Assembly (NCBI RefSeq): GCF_001194135.2
Contig: NC_068989.1
Coordinates: 73,473,361-73,537,360 of the forward strand
Reading direction: 5' to 3'
Source: Octopus bimaculoides
Taxonomy: Eukaryota
Length of the DNA: 64,000 nucleotides
Below are positions 13,470 to 26,389 of the stretch, in pieces. The notes under the pieces were generated by a model. It was not told the DNA's origin. It saw only the letters and a program-made list of their open reading frames with translations, and did not search any database. The position numbers were made by a program, and so were the translations under genes. Every line of letters starts with the position of its first letter. The first letter of the stretch is position 1.

Positions 13470-13625
13470 AACTTCATCATCATTATCATCATCAACATCA
13501 CCATCAGCACCTTCATCATTTCCACCATCATGAACGTCATCACTGTCCATTATCAGCTTCATCATTATCACCATCATCATCACTATGAACACCATCAGTT
13601 ACTGTTGTCCTCCTCGCCGTCATCG
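13470..13625. repeat. Degenerate (CAT)n tract; representative of many (TA)n, (CA)n, (GA)n, (AAT)n, (CAT)n and (TAG)n microsatellites
   Basis: Directly visible. Other examples: (CTA)n 4954-5016, (TAG)n 48560-48626, (CA)n 50092-50164, (TCTG)n 33705-33745. Confidence 0.9.
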
Positions 13626-13835
13626 CCATCGTTACTCTGTGATTGCTCAGTTTCGAAAAATATTTATTTTCGCACGAGAATTTATTATAAACATATTTAT
13701 TTATCTATTAAAATTTTTTTTTTGTTGTTATTTTCTGAGAATTGATGTATGTTACTCTGTAGATAAGGTTGCAAAGTTGTATAATTTTGCGTGGGTGAGT
13801 TTATATTTGTATATTCATATATGTGAGTGTGCATT

Positions 13836-13871
<36 letters not shown>

Positions 13872-15014
13872 TGGATTCATAACTTCCACACAAGCAAACA
13901 GTCAAGAAGGTAATTTATGTTACTATAGTGGAAGGATGTCTAAAATGGAATGCTGGCTTTGCTTACGCCTCCTTTTAAAATCATCATCATCATCATCATT
14001 ATTATCGTCATAATTATCATTATCAAGAAATGAATAATAGTTAGGGACTTTATATTTATTATATATTTACACAAGGTGCAGATTTATGATATTTATAATA
14101 GGTGTAGGAGTGGTAGTGTGGTAAGTAGCTTGCTTACCAACCACATGGCTCCGGGTTCATTCCTACTGCGTGGCAGCTTGGGCAAGTGTCTTCTACTATA
14201 GCCTCGGCCGACCAAAGCCTTATGAGTGGATTTGGTAGACGGAAACTGAAAGAAGCCTGTCGTATATATGTATATATATANNNNNNNNNNNNNNNNNNNN
14301 NNNNNNNNNNNNNNNNNNNNNNNNNNNNNNNNNNNNNNNNNNNNNNNNNNNNNNNNNNNNNNNNNNNNNNNNNNNNNNNNNNNNNNNNNNNNNNNNNNNN
14401 NNNNNNNNNNNNNNNNNNNNNNNNNNNNNNNNNNNNNNNNNNNNNNNNNNNNNNNNNNNNNNNNNNNNNNNNNNNNNNNNNNNNNNNNNNNNNNNNNNNN
14501 NNNNNNNNNNNNNNNNNNNNNNNNNNNNNNNNNNNNNNNNNNNNNNNNNNNNNNNNNNNNNNNNNNNNNNNNNNNNNNNNNNNNNNNNNNNNNNNNNNNN
14601 NNNNNNNNNNNNNNNNNNNNNNNNNNNNNNNNNNNNNNNNNNNNNNNNNNNNNNNNNNNNNNNNNNNNNNNNNNNNNNNNNNNNNNNNNNNNNNNNNNNN
14701 NNNNNNNNNNNNNNNNNNNNNNNNNNNNNNNNNNNNNNNNNNNNNNNNNNNNNNNNNNNNNNNNNNNNNNNNNNNNNNNNNNNNNNNNNNNNNNNNNNNN
14801 NNNNNNNCCTTTGAAATCCGTGTTGCTTATTTTTTTAATTTTAATCACCTATCCTTTTGGGAAAATGGTACTTGTTTCTTTGACTCCAAAAAGATGAAAG
14901 GCAAAGTCGACCTCAATGGCATTTGAATTCAGAATGTAAAGATGGACAAAATGCTTGCTAAGCACTTTTTCTGCATGCTAACAATTCTGTCAGGTCACCA
15001 TATTAATAATAATA

Positions 15015-15057
<43 letters not shown>

Positions 15058-15062
<5 letters not shown>

Positions 15063-15268
15063 GTTTCAAAATTTGCCACAAGGGGGAGGGAAGGGGTGAG
15101 TTGATTACATCGACCCCAATGTTCAGCTGGTACTTATTTTATCAACCCTGAAAGGATGAAGGGCAAAGTTGACCTTGCCGGAATTCGAACTCAGAATGTA
15201 GTGATGGGCAAAATATCGTTAAGCATTTCACCCAGGGCACTAACGATTCTGTCAGCTCACCACCTTAT
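15058..15268 (-). mobile_element. SINE-D: tRNA-like head plus a conserved central domain (V/Meta/Nin-like), associated with (AAT)n
   Basis: Reverse complement has GCTGACAGAATCGTTAG..GTTCGAATTCCGGCAAGGTCAACTTTGCCCTTCATCCTTTCAGGGTTGATAAAATAAGTACC. Other copies at about 14864-15000, 28305-28496, 35905-36032, 38595-38833, 39380-39570, 48645-48830, 10380-10560 (+) and 4075-4235 (+). Confidence 0.7.
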
Positions 15269-15334
15269 TAGTAATAACAACAATAATAATAATAATAATC
15301 ATAATAAACATAATAATAATAATGATAATAATAA

Positions 15335-15875
15335 ATGTCCTGATGCAATAGCAGGCTGTGGCTCTCATGGCTTCTGATTTTAACTGATTGGAAGTGTTAT
15401 CATGTACATGTTTTGTCTAGGTGTAAAAGATGGGTTACTGCACATATTCTGCTCAATCAAGTGTTTGACCGTAACCAGTTTGAACATGTCCCTCAGTGGC
15501 TGATGATATGTGCATTTCTGATCATGAGCAAGAATTGTAAGGGAGCATCATAGCCATGTGTTGAGAGGAATTCTTTCGGATTTGAATAATTCACCTCTGG
15601 AAACATGGGCATTTCATTTATCATCCTTAAACAACTCTTATTCAGGGATCTTTTGAGCAGGATGGGCTACTCAATGTGAAGAAAATTCTAACTGGGTCCC
15701 ACCTGCAATGTTATGTGCTGTTTATCTTGATATGAGATCACCATGTAGTTCACATTTGGTTGTGATTTATGTGCCTGGTGCACCCTTATCAGATGGGTAT
15801 TCATGATGGGTATATTGGGCCTCGTATACGTGTACCCCAGCTTCACTTTGATGGCATGTGCTGCTCTCTCACTCA
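15335..15875 (+). mobile_element. Unclassified non-coding repeat of about 540 bp embedded in (AAT)n
   Basis: Colinear with 38870-39310; shared 3' end TGCTCTCTCACTCA followed by (AAT)n; no recognisable ORF. Confidence 0.7.
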
Positions 15876-16117
15876 TTGATAATAATAGTAAAATATGGAA
15901 GTGTGTATGGGTATCTAAATAAAAAGATAAACATTTGGTTGAACTTTATTCTTGTGACCTACTTAAGTACTTCTGTTGTATTTTTTGTCATTCCTTATCT
16001 GAGAGTCTTATTCAATAAATATATATAAAATTGAACTCATTGTCTTATAAGTATTTCGTTTGATTAATATGTAGCATTGTGGTGTAAAATTACTTTGCTG
16101 TTTAGTATCTTCTTTAA

Positions 16118-16336
16118 CCCTTTAGTTTTCAGATTATTCTATCAAATGTAATGCTAATGTATTAACATTGTTTTCAATCTATCATCCTTATCTCTAAGCT
16201 TTGAGATTTTTATGATGTGGTTCTATATTTTCAGAATGACATCATAGGGTTGGTGTAAGAGGCCTGGTCTGGCCAATTTAAACATAAAACTCGTAGAGTA
16301 TTTGAGCCAGATATGGCCTGTTTGAATACTAGAGGG
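16118..16336 (+). mobile_element. piggyBac-like MITE of about 220 bp (TTAA TSD, CCC...GGG termini)
   Basis: TTAA|CCCTTTAG...CTAGAGGG|TTAA; interior shared with four other copies. Confidence 0.8.
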
Positions 16337-18259
16337 TTAAACCAAACTTAGTTCAGTTATGAAATTCTGTGAACAACCAGTACCGTCCGAGCATGATCTG
16401 CCAGAGCAGCTGTCTGGCTTCTGTGCCAGTGGCACGTAAATAGCACCATTTGAGCGTGATCGTTACCAGCGTCGCCTTACTGGCACTTGTGCCGGTGGCA
16501 CGTGAAAAAACATTCGAGCAAGGTCATTGCCAGTGCCGCTGGACAGGCTCTTTTGCTGAACCACTAAGTTACAGGGACGTAAACACACCAACACCAGTTG
16601 TCAAGTGATGGTGGGGGTGGGGCAAACACAGACACACAAACATATACTTATATATATATGTGATGAGCTTCTTTCAGTTTGTGTCTATCAAATCCACTCA
16701 CAAGGCTTTGGTCGGCCCGAGACTATACCAGAACCATGTGGTTAGAACGTAAGCTTCTTGCCACACAGCTACTCCTGCGCCTATATATGTACACATATAC
16801 ATTCACTGATGCACCCGTATGCACATATATTTAAGTGTATATGCACAAGTTAAAAATCTAAAGCTCAAGATAAAAACCAATCAGTGTTTTTTTTCTTTCT
16901 TTCTTTAAAGGCTTAGTTGGAAGGAACAGATGTCTGAGATTAGCAGAGAGGAAGTTGTACTTTGGACTGGAGACCTGGCATGATTGCTTGCAACAAACTA
17001 ATGATTGCTAAAGGCACCCAAGTACCATGTAGCAGCATTAAGCTGGATCATAGATTCAGTTCTTTCTGTCTAAAACTCAGTTATTAAAGTACACATAATT
17101 GGTTGAGGTTATGATCAATCATAATGAAAAGTGAATTCCTGCATCTCATTTCAATAAATTCTGCCTAAAATATTATCAAAGTCAGAATTAGTGGTTTGTT
17201 AGGGAACATTAGTCGTCAGTGAAATTGATTTGTTTCAGATGTCGAAATTTTACAAAAATCCTATTCCAAAGCTAGCATGGAATTATATAAATAGAAAATA
17301 AATGTAAGATAAACAACAGCAGCAACTAAAAAAAAAACAGGGACGGGGTTTGTTTGGCTGTTTGCTGTTATTTATTTATTTTTTTTTACCTTACAACCAA
17401 ATCTTGTCATTACAATATTGAAATTAATTGAATAATTAATTATTTAATTAATCAAGATAGTTTCTGGGAAACTTGTTGTTATTGTTGGTGGTGGTGGTGG
17501 TGGTGGTAGCATAGGAGAGGGTGGTATTATAGATTCATGTAAACTGAAAGTGGTTGTTATATAAGAAAAAACAGAGGAAGAGAGAAANNNNNNNNNNNNN
17601 NNNNNNNNNNNNNNNNNNNNNNNNNNNNNNNNNNNNNNNNNNNNNNNNNNNNNNNNNNNNNNNNNNNNNNNNNNNNNNNNNNNNNNNNNNNNNNNNNNNN
17701 NNNNNNNNNNNNNNNNNNNNNNNNNNNNNNNNNNNNNNNNNNNNNNNNNNNNNNNNNNNNNNNNNNNNNNNNNNNNNNNNNNNNNNNNNNNNNNNNNNNN
17801 NNNNNNNNNNNNNNNNNNNNNNNNNNNNNNNNNNNNNNNNNNNNNNNNNNNNNNNNNNNNNNNNNNNNNNNNNNNNNNNNNNNNNNNNNNNNNNNNNNNN
17901 NNNNNNNNNNNNNNNNNNNNNNNNNNNNNNNNNNNNNNNNNNNNNNNNNNNNNNNNNNNNNNNNNNNNNNNNNNNNNNNNNNNNNNNNNNNNNNNNNNNN
18001 NNNNNNNNNNNNNNNNNNNNNNNNNNNNNNNNNNNNNNNNNNNNNNNNNNNNNNNNNNNNNNNNNNNNNNNNNNNNNNNNNNNNNNNNNNNNNNNNNNNN
18101 NNNNNNNNNNNNNNNNNNNNNNNNNNNNNNNNNNNNNNNNNNNNNNNNNNNNNNNNNNNNNNNNNNNNNNNNNNNNNNNNNNNNNNNNNNNNNNNNNNNN
18201 NNNNNNNNNNNNNNNNNNNNNNNNNNNNNNNNNNNNNNNNNNNNNNNNNNCCCTGTTGA

Positions 18260-18331
<72 letters not shown>

Positions 18332-18344
18332 AAACATGAGATGA

Positions 18345-18726
18345 AGTACTGAAAAATGACTTCAGGAGGCTGAACCTTTCAGGTAAGATGACAAAGGACT
18401 GAGATACCTGGCACCTGACCATACTCAAGAAGATCAGTAGTCCACAACAGAAGTGTTAAGACTGATCCTGTTGGTGGTGTGAAGCATTCATGGTAATGCC
18501 ACGTAAACAGTCCATGCAGTGCCATTTAAAAGCACCCGTATGGTGCCATGTAAAAGCACCCATATGGTGCCATGTAAAAGCACCCAACACACTCTGTAAA
18601 GTGGTTGGTGTTAGGAAGGGCATCGAGCTGTAGAAACTATGCTGGAGTCTGGTGCAGCTGGCCAGCCCTGGTCAAACCATCCAACCCATGCCAGCATGGA
18701 TAACAGACATTAAATGATGATGATGA
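18345..18726 (+). mobile_element. Old RTE-a 3' end copy
   Basis: DEVLKNDFRRLNLSGKMTKD*DTW resembles the RTE-a C-terminus. A short 21-bp TGGTGCCATGTAAAAGCACCC repeat precedes the standard terminus and (GAT)n tail. Confidence 0.7.
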
Positions 18727-19015
18727 TTCCATTGTCCATTTTTCTTTGCTTACCACATAATTACAAAGCAAACTTCTTAACCACATACTTACCAAGTTAT
18801 TGTGGAATGAATTTTTTCACTACACAATTTTGCCTCTGACTGAAGCAGTTGCAGAAGAAAGAAATTATATGAGGACAAATTATAGTTAAACAAATTTAAA
18901 TAAAACTATTGACCTTAATACTTATTTCAGACAGGCAATGATTTTATAGATCTCTAATTATTGAATCATTGTTATGCTTTTTAACATCAGATCAGTTTAT
19001 GATAGATATAAACAT

Positions 19016-19084
<69 letters not shown>

Positions 19085-19130
19085 TATATCATATTTAATA
19101 ATAATTAGATATTCTTAATAGCTATATTTA

Positions 19131-19460
19131 TATGCATGATGTTAAATCAAATATTTTGAAGTCACAATCAAACTTTTGTAATGTAATCAGAAATAGAGTC
19201 AGTGTGACATAATGCATTAAAAGTTTGTCCTTTTGTATTACTGGTATGGACTGTAAGCAAGCTGACACAGTACCTTCTAAGTTTTAGTCAATGATTATTG
19301 ACTATGTGTATGCATGATGTAAAATTAATTATTATGAAGTCACAAGCAAACTTATTTAATGTATTCTAAAACAGAATTAGTGTGATGCAGTGTGTTAAAG
19401 GTTAGTGATTTGGATTACTGGTACTATCCATTTGACAGTCTTTCGCATAATTTCTGTCAA
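19131..19460 (+). repeat. Old tandem duplication with a 178-bp period
   Basis: TATGCATGATGT..TGAAGTCACAA.CAAACTT..AGTGTGA..ATTACTGGTA starts at 19131 and again at 19309. Confidence 0.75.
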
Positions 19461-20410
19461 CCCATTTTCACCTGCACCTGAGTCTGTGGTAGAAGATAGC
19501 TGCACAAAGATGCTGTGCAGTAGCATTGAACTGGTCAACTTGTGATTGTGAAGCAAATTTCTTAGTCATTCAGCTATGCTCGCACTCACGGATACTTACA
19601 AGTACACAAACATACACATACATCACATGCACACACACACACACACACACACGACATATATATGCCATTTCCATATACATACATTCATGTTAAGTGTTAA
19701 GGTTTGTTTAAATTTTCTGTGAGAGAACATTATTTCTTAGTGGTAGACATTCTTGCTCTATGTATGTCTATATAAATGCAGTGTAGGTATGTATATATGT
19801 ATGAATGTGTAATCTGCCTGTATATTTCTATTTATATATATTTATACACACACATGTCTGTATATATAATATATATATATATTTATGCATATACATATAT
19901 ATCTATATCTATCTATCTTTCTAACTACACACACACATAGTCCTATCTATCTATAGACTTATAGAAATGTATATCTTCTACAGACATTAAAAGGAGTAGT
20001 AAATAAAAACATCATCTAAATCCCTCAGTAATACACTCAAGGATCTTTGTTCAGAACTGCTAATGCTTTATGGCATTATCTGATGAAAGATAAATCTCTC
20101 CCTTGATATTATAGGCAAAGCATTGCAAGTATCACCCCAAGCAATCTCTTATACATTTACAACAGCTTTATTATCTGAAGCGCATTAATTTATGGAGTCT
20201 TGCTGAAATATGCTGCCAAATGTTAGCAACCAGATTTGAACTTGGGATCTGTGAGATGATAATTCAATACCTTTATTCACCTGGCCATTTCAACTCTTTG
20301 ATGTGAACATAGTTTGCTCAGATCTCAGTATGCATTAATCACTCTATGCACTCCACACTTTCTAGTTCTCTTTATATCTGCTATTCTAGATTATTTATTT
20401 TCTGGTCAGC

Positions 20411-20790
20411 TTTATTACCTGTGTCTTAGCGAATGTGGCGGTATTATTTTCAGTCGTGTTTGTTTGTTTGTTCTTCCGTGGACAAGATATCTCAAGAACC
20501 AATGGATGGATTTGGATGAAACTTTCAGGGATGTTTTTCCTCATGACTGGCACAAACTGATTAGATTTTGGGATTGATCTGGTACCTAGCAAGGATTCAG
20601 GATTATTTTTCCGTTTTTTTTTTTTACTTAATTTTCGAGAGTGGTCGGATTCATTTTTAGTATTCTCGTTTGTGAGAGCAGTTGAGTTTATTTCAGATAT
20701 TCTCATTTTAAAAATAATCTCTGGTAAATCGTTGAGAGGACGTTGGTGTTGCCTTGGCGGAGGTTTGCACTCTCTGAGTGCTCTTGTGTT
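20411..20790 (+). mobile_element. Non-autonomous Helentron-type element (HINE/DINE-1-like)
   Basis: 5' TTATTACCT..., short (GTTT)n, 3' CCTTGGCGGAGGTTTGCACTCTCTGAGTGCTCTTG with a subterminal IR and a GCACTC/GAGTGC hairpin. T-rich flanks, no TSD seen. Confidence 0.7.
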
Positions 20791-21293
20791 TGAATGGTTC
20801 TCAATGCTGTTTAGTTCAACTCTGATAAAGCAAATCTAATGATCGAATTTATTCCAGCTATGGCTGTCTCATTTTATTTTCAGTCATAATATCTAGAGTA
20901 TCCTATTTTTGAGATTGCAGTGTGTGATTTCAAAGGTCATTTGGCTGTTATTTCTAGTAGGTTAAGATATGGTATTGTCATATAAAGTCTCTCTTGTTGG
21001 CTCAGTTTATGCATTGCCATTTTAGGAAAGTTATTATCTATTAAAGCATTTATAGTGTAAGTTTAGTACAAAAGAACCTTAATCTCAAGAGGTGAAGTAA
21101 CAATTAATAAAACTTCAATAAAACTTCAAGTTGCAATAAAGAAAATATATGAGTATGTCTGTGTGTGTGTAAATATAACTACACACACACACACGCACAC
21201 ATACATGCATATATACATAATGACACACTAGCATGTGTACATATATGCATTATTTCACCCATACATACATGCACATACACACACAAACAAACC

Positions 21294-21329
<36 letters not shown>

Positions 21330-21426
21330 ACTTACAGATGAAGAAACTGTAGACAGATAGATGGAAACTGAGCAATAATCCCTTTTGTGTGTGTGTGTGT
21401 ATGTATGTATGTATTTATCTGTGTCT

Positions 21427-21459
<33 letters not shown>

Positions 21460-21461
<2 letters not shown>

Positions 21462-21782
21462 CAAAGTGGGTGAGTTTCTTTCGAGTGTTGAGCCTCATGG
21501 AAGCAATGACTGAAACCTTTGACATTATGTCGTGCTTGAGAAGAAGACCCATTGAGCTGAGCAAAATCACAGTCATGGCAGATACTGGTGTCACACAAAC
21601 GGCACCTGTGCCAATGGTACGTAAAAGCACCCATTACACTCTCGGAGTGGTTGGCATTAGGAAGGGTATCCAGCCATAGAAAGCCATGCCAAATCAGACT
21701 GAAATTTGGTGCAGCTCTGGTCAAACCGTCCAACCAGTGCCAGCATGGACAACAGATGTAAAATGATGATGATGATGATGAT
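21460..21782 (+). mobile_element. Old RTE-a 3' end copy
   Basis: ORF-end remnant, one array unit, terminus and (GAT)n tail. Further stubs at 7218-7329 (-), 10208-10270 (-), 29572-29610 (+), 48858-49031 (-) and 50955-51073 (+). Confidence 0.75.
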
Positions 21783-22026
21783 ACACATACATACATANNN
21801 NNNNNNNNNNNNNNNNNNNNNNNNNNNNNNNNNNNNNNNNNNNNNNNNNNNNNNNNNNNNNNNNNNNNNNNNNNNNNNNNNNNNNNNNNNNNNNNNNNNN
21901 NNNNNNNNNNNNNNNNNNNNNNNNNNNNNNNNNNNNNNNNNNNNNNNNNNNNNNNNNNNNNNNNNNNNNNNNNNNNNNNNNNNNNNNNNNNNNNNNNNNN
22001 NNNNNNNNNNNNNNNNNNNNNNNNNN

Positions 22027-22077
<51 letters not shown>

Positions 22078-22872
22078 TACACACATATATATATATATAT
22101 ATACACACATTCATATACATTCACACACACCACACCACAGACACAGACAAGCACATTTCAAAAGTTTAATTGTAACTTCAAAATATTGAATTTTATATCA
22201 TGCATGTATATATATGTAGTCATTAAGAATATGTAATTATTATCAAATATAATATATAAATGTGTGCATCCATCTATATTTATGTCTGTGTTTATATTTA
22301 CTGTTGTAAATTGGCCTGGCGTTAACAGTTCAATAATTAGAGATCTATGAAATCACTACCTGTCTGAAATAAATACTGAGGTCAATATCATTGACCGACA
22401 CCTTTGAAGGCATTGCCTCAGCTTGGCTACAGTCCAATAACTGAAACCATTTAAAAGACCATCAATGCGATAATATTTATTAAAAGAAATAAAGCAAAAC
22501 ACAAACAATGAAGTTGATAGTTAAAAATAATCATTTCCACACTTCCACCAAATCAATATAGTTTTAATTTTGTTCATTCATTTGTAATTTATCCGTGTTA
22601 TATAATTTCTTTCCATTTTTTTTTTTTTTAACTGCTTTGGTTGTAGGTGGAATTGTGTGTGGTTAAGGAATTTGATTCATCATAAAAAAAATAAAAGAAA
22701 AAATTAAATGGTATTATTGTGCAACCACCTGATTTCAGGTTCAGTCCCACTGTACAGTAGCTACTTGGGCAAGTGTCTTCTGCTACAATCTTGGCACACC
22801 GATGTTTTGTAAGTGAATTTGGTAGACAAAAACTGTATGGAAACCTGTTGTGTATGTGTGTGTATATGTGTG

Positions 22873-23195
22873 TGAGTGAAGACATGTGGCTTAGTGGTTA
22901 GGGTATTTACCTTGCGATCGTAAGGTCATGAGTTCAGTTCCCAGCAATGCGTTGTATCCTTGAGCAAGACACTTTATTTCATATTGCTCCAGTTCACGCA
23001 GCTGGCAAAAGCGAGTAGTGCCTGTATTTCAAAGGGCCGGCCTTGTCACATTCTGTGCCACACTGAATCTCCCCAGAGCTATGTCAAGGTTTCACATGTC
23101 TGTAGAGTTCTCTGCCACTTTCACATTAATTTCACGAGCAGGTTATTCTATTGATTGGCTCAACTGGAACCCTCATCGTCATAACTGATGGAGTC
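22873..23195 (+). mobile_element. SINE-B2: tRNA head, CCTTGAGCAAGACACTTTATTTC core and the B1-type tail
   Basis: Tail CTGTATTTCAAAGGG..CCTTGTCAC...GGAACCCTC shared with B1. Other copies at 47933-48236 (+), 57885-58205 (-), and partials at 25606-25712 and 61175-61245. Confidence 0.75.
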
Positions 23196-24712
23196 ATAGT
23201 TTATGTGTATGTGTATGTATCTTTGAGTCTATGCTTGTCCCCACCTCATTGACACACACACACTCGGCTACTGGTGTTGGTTTGTTTATGTCACCATAAC
23301 TTGGCAGTTTGGCGAAAGATACTGATGAAATAAATACCAGACTTTAAAAGTAAGTACTAAGGTTGATCTGCTTAGCCAAAACCCTTCAAAATGGTACCTC
23401 ACCATAGCTGCAGTTCAGTGACTAAAGCAAGTAAAAGATAAAAAAGAATCTAGAAGTTTGTGAGTGAAATTGGTTGATGAAAAATTTGTATGGGACCCCA
23501 TTGAAAGAACTATATCTGTCTTTCAAGTGTTGGACTTAACCTGTTGCTTGGTATGACCCTGGTATCACATCTGGTCCTTGTGTAACTTTAGTGGAGTCTA
23601 CCCTGTTGCAAGCATTCAGGCCAGGCCGTTTTTCTATGCTTACCTTCATTCTATCCTCCTACCAGCCTTAGAACTCCCTAACGTTGTCAGGGGCACTGTC
23701 TGTCCTCATTGTTGACTAATCTAACAAAATAGAAATTAATAAACAAAACTTGTATGAAACTAACTGCTCTCCTTCGTATTTTCATCCTCCCTATTTTATT
23801 ACCTCTTTGTGTGTGTGTGTGTGTGTGTTTCTTGAATGACTTCTATTTTAGTTTTGGTTCATGGTTGACTGTTTAATGACAAAAAGAGCATTAAAATGTA
23901 AAAATAATTTTCTATGTTAATAATGCGGTCATCCAAATTTACAAACAGGTAAAAAAAAAAAAAATATATGAAATAGAAGAGGAAGACGAGCAAAGCTAAC
24001 ACCAAAAACAAACAAACAAACTAACAAACAAAAATACATGCTTTCCAGTTATGTCAGTTAGCATGGCTATGAAAAGCAGCACCAGCATCAATACTTTTCA
24101 AACAATTAGCACTTAAGAAATTAAGTGATCACCAAACTAAATATAATATTGATTTCATTTCTGACAGAACACAATACCATCATTTGAATCAATCTGAACA
24201 CATATTTATTTTATTAACCCTGAAAGGACAGGGCTGTTAAAAATCAATTTCTGCTGGATTTGAACTCAGATTGTTGGGAGTTGAAATGAAATACATTATT
24301 GTAATTAGGACCAGTGCCCTATGAATTTTGCACTCAATTCCAGAACATGAAATGGTACTTCCTTTATTTTGTGTGTGTTGGTGGAGAAAGAAGTCTGCTG
24401 AAAGGAACTCTGTGCATTGCTTTTGCACTCTGAGACCAATGAAGTCCATATCTTTTATCTTTTACTTGTTTCAGTCATTGGACAGCAGCCATGCTGGAGC
24501 ACCTCTTCGAAGGATTTTGTCGAACACATCGACCCCAGTACTTTTTTATTTTCAAGTTTTATGATGCTTATTCTATTGGTCTCTTTTGCCAAACTGCTGT
24601 GTTCCGAAAATGTAAACAAACCAACATGGGTTGTCAAGTGGTGGTGGTCATGAACAAACATGCACAGGCACACACACTCATGCATGCACACACACATGTA
24701 TATATACATACA

Positions 24713-24744
<32 letters not shown>

Positions 24745-24754
24745 NNNNNNNNNN

Positions 24755-24836
<82 letters not shown>

Positions 24837-26158
24837 GTATGTATGCACATACACACGTGTGTGTGTGTTGACAAAGATTTGGCATGTTCATTGGAGATAT
24901 CTTGTAACATTTACACCCTTGAAGAGCTGTAACTCATTATGTAGGTGAACTTAGCTATTCTATAGGGGTATATGAAATGAGTACAAGACTCAGTACTAGG
25001 ATCAGTATAATACATATGAAACCCTTGAAAGGTGTTATTCTAGCATGACCTTTGTCCAGTGACTGGAACCAGCAAATATTTTGGTTTCTTATTTCGGTAT
25101 AAGGCCAGGAAACTAGTAGATATTAAAAATAAATGTTTATTTTACAATAATAATACACGATTTCATTACATCTCATATCCATGGTTGGATGATTTAGAAT
25201 TATCTGTCTAATTCTCTGGTCACGCCCACCAATTACGTTACGATCCAATGATTGGATATGCATATGTACATATGTGCGTATATGTAAGATATATAAAAAA
25301 ATATTGATATTGATTAATGAACTGTGTTATTACTTACTTGGAGCATAATAAAGATAACAGGATGAGAGGGGACACACACACACACACATTTGCGCAAAGC
25401 ATTTTGGACAGAATGTTATGAGTGTTGTGAAAATTCTTAATCTCTTTCAATGCATTCAAGTAAATAAACCTACAGTATGAGTATGAGAGTGAAAGAGCGA
25501 GAGAGAGTGCATCATCGTCATCATCATCATCATCACCTTTGCTTCAATGTCATCATCATCATCATTATTATTTTTATAACATCTCCCTTTCCATGCTTGT
25601 ATGGAATGTGAAGGCGCATGGCTCAGTGGATAGAACGTCGGGCTCACAATCATGTGGTAGTGAGTTCAGTTTCTGGACTGGGCTGTGTGTTGTGTTCTTG
25701 AGCAACACCTTGTCCAAGGAATCATACAGTGGGGCTGAACTCAGAATCATGTGGTTGGGAAGCAAGCTTCTTACCACTCAGCCAAGTGTGGATATATAAA
25801 CACACACGATGGGATTCTTTCAGTTTCCATGTACCAAATCCCCAAATTCACTTACAAGAGACTTTGGTCATAAATTCTAGCTGTATCTCATTTAATATAC
25901 TTTCTTTAGGAAAATTATAAGACTATTTATGCTAGTATGTAATAAATAAACAGTTTAACACAACCATCATTTCTTGACTAATTCTTCTTCATTCTTTTTA
26001 TTATTTATATTCTGTTCCATAAACCACTAAGAACCTTTTTATTCCAATATATATATGGTTCCATGGAAGAATGAAAATGATAGATACTACTTGTATGACA
26101 AGGATGTTCATTTACAGCTATGTTGCAATATTAAGAAAAAGAAGCATACACATGCACT

Positions 26159-26189
<31 letters not shown>

Positions 26190-26233
26190 GGTGGTTGCCT
26201 ACTCCTTATGTAGAGTCTGACCACCGTCTGTAC

Positions 26234-26389
26234 CTACACCTTAGAACCATCGTGGCATCTGATGTGGATTTTGAAACCAGACAATGCAGTTAAGTTCTGA
26301 TCTTTGTTGATCTTAAAATGTCTTTTGAGGCCTCCGTTAGATTTGTGAACCTTCTGGCATACATTGCATTGAAAGGTGTGCACAGACAT
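26234..26389 (-). pseudogene. Degenerate C2H2 zinc-finger fragment, probably the C-terminal finger(s) of an RTE/BovB-type LINE
   Basis: MSVHTFQCNVCQKVHKSNGGLKRHFKINKDQNLTALSGFKIHIRCHDGSKV* has F-x-C-x2-C...L-x2-H with the last His replaced by Asn (CAC to AAC), then the second half of another finger (SGFKIHIRCH). Upstream frame is closed by TAA. Confidence 0.5.

Noticed and set aside
15335-15875. Possible hammerhead or HDV-like ribozyme in the (AAT)n-embedded element
   Set aside because: I found only near-matches such as CTGATGCA and CTGATAAG, with no CUGANGA...GAAA core and supporting stems by eye; a covariance-model search would be needed.
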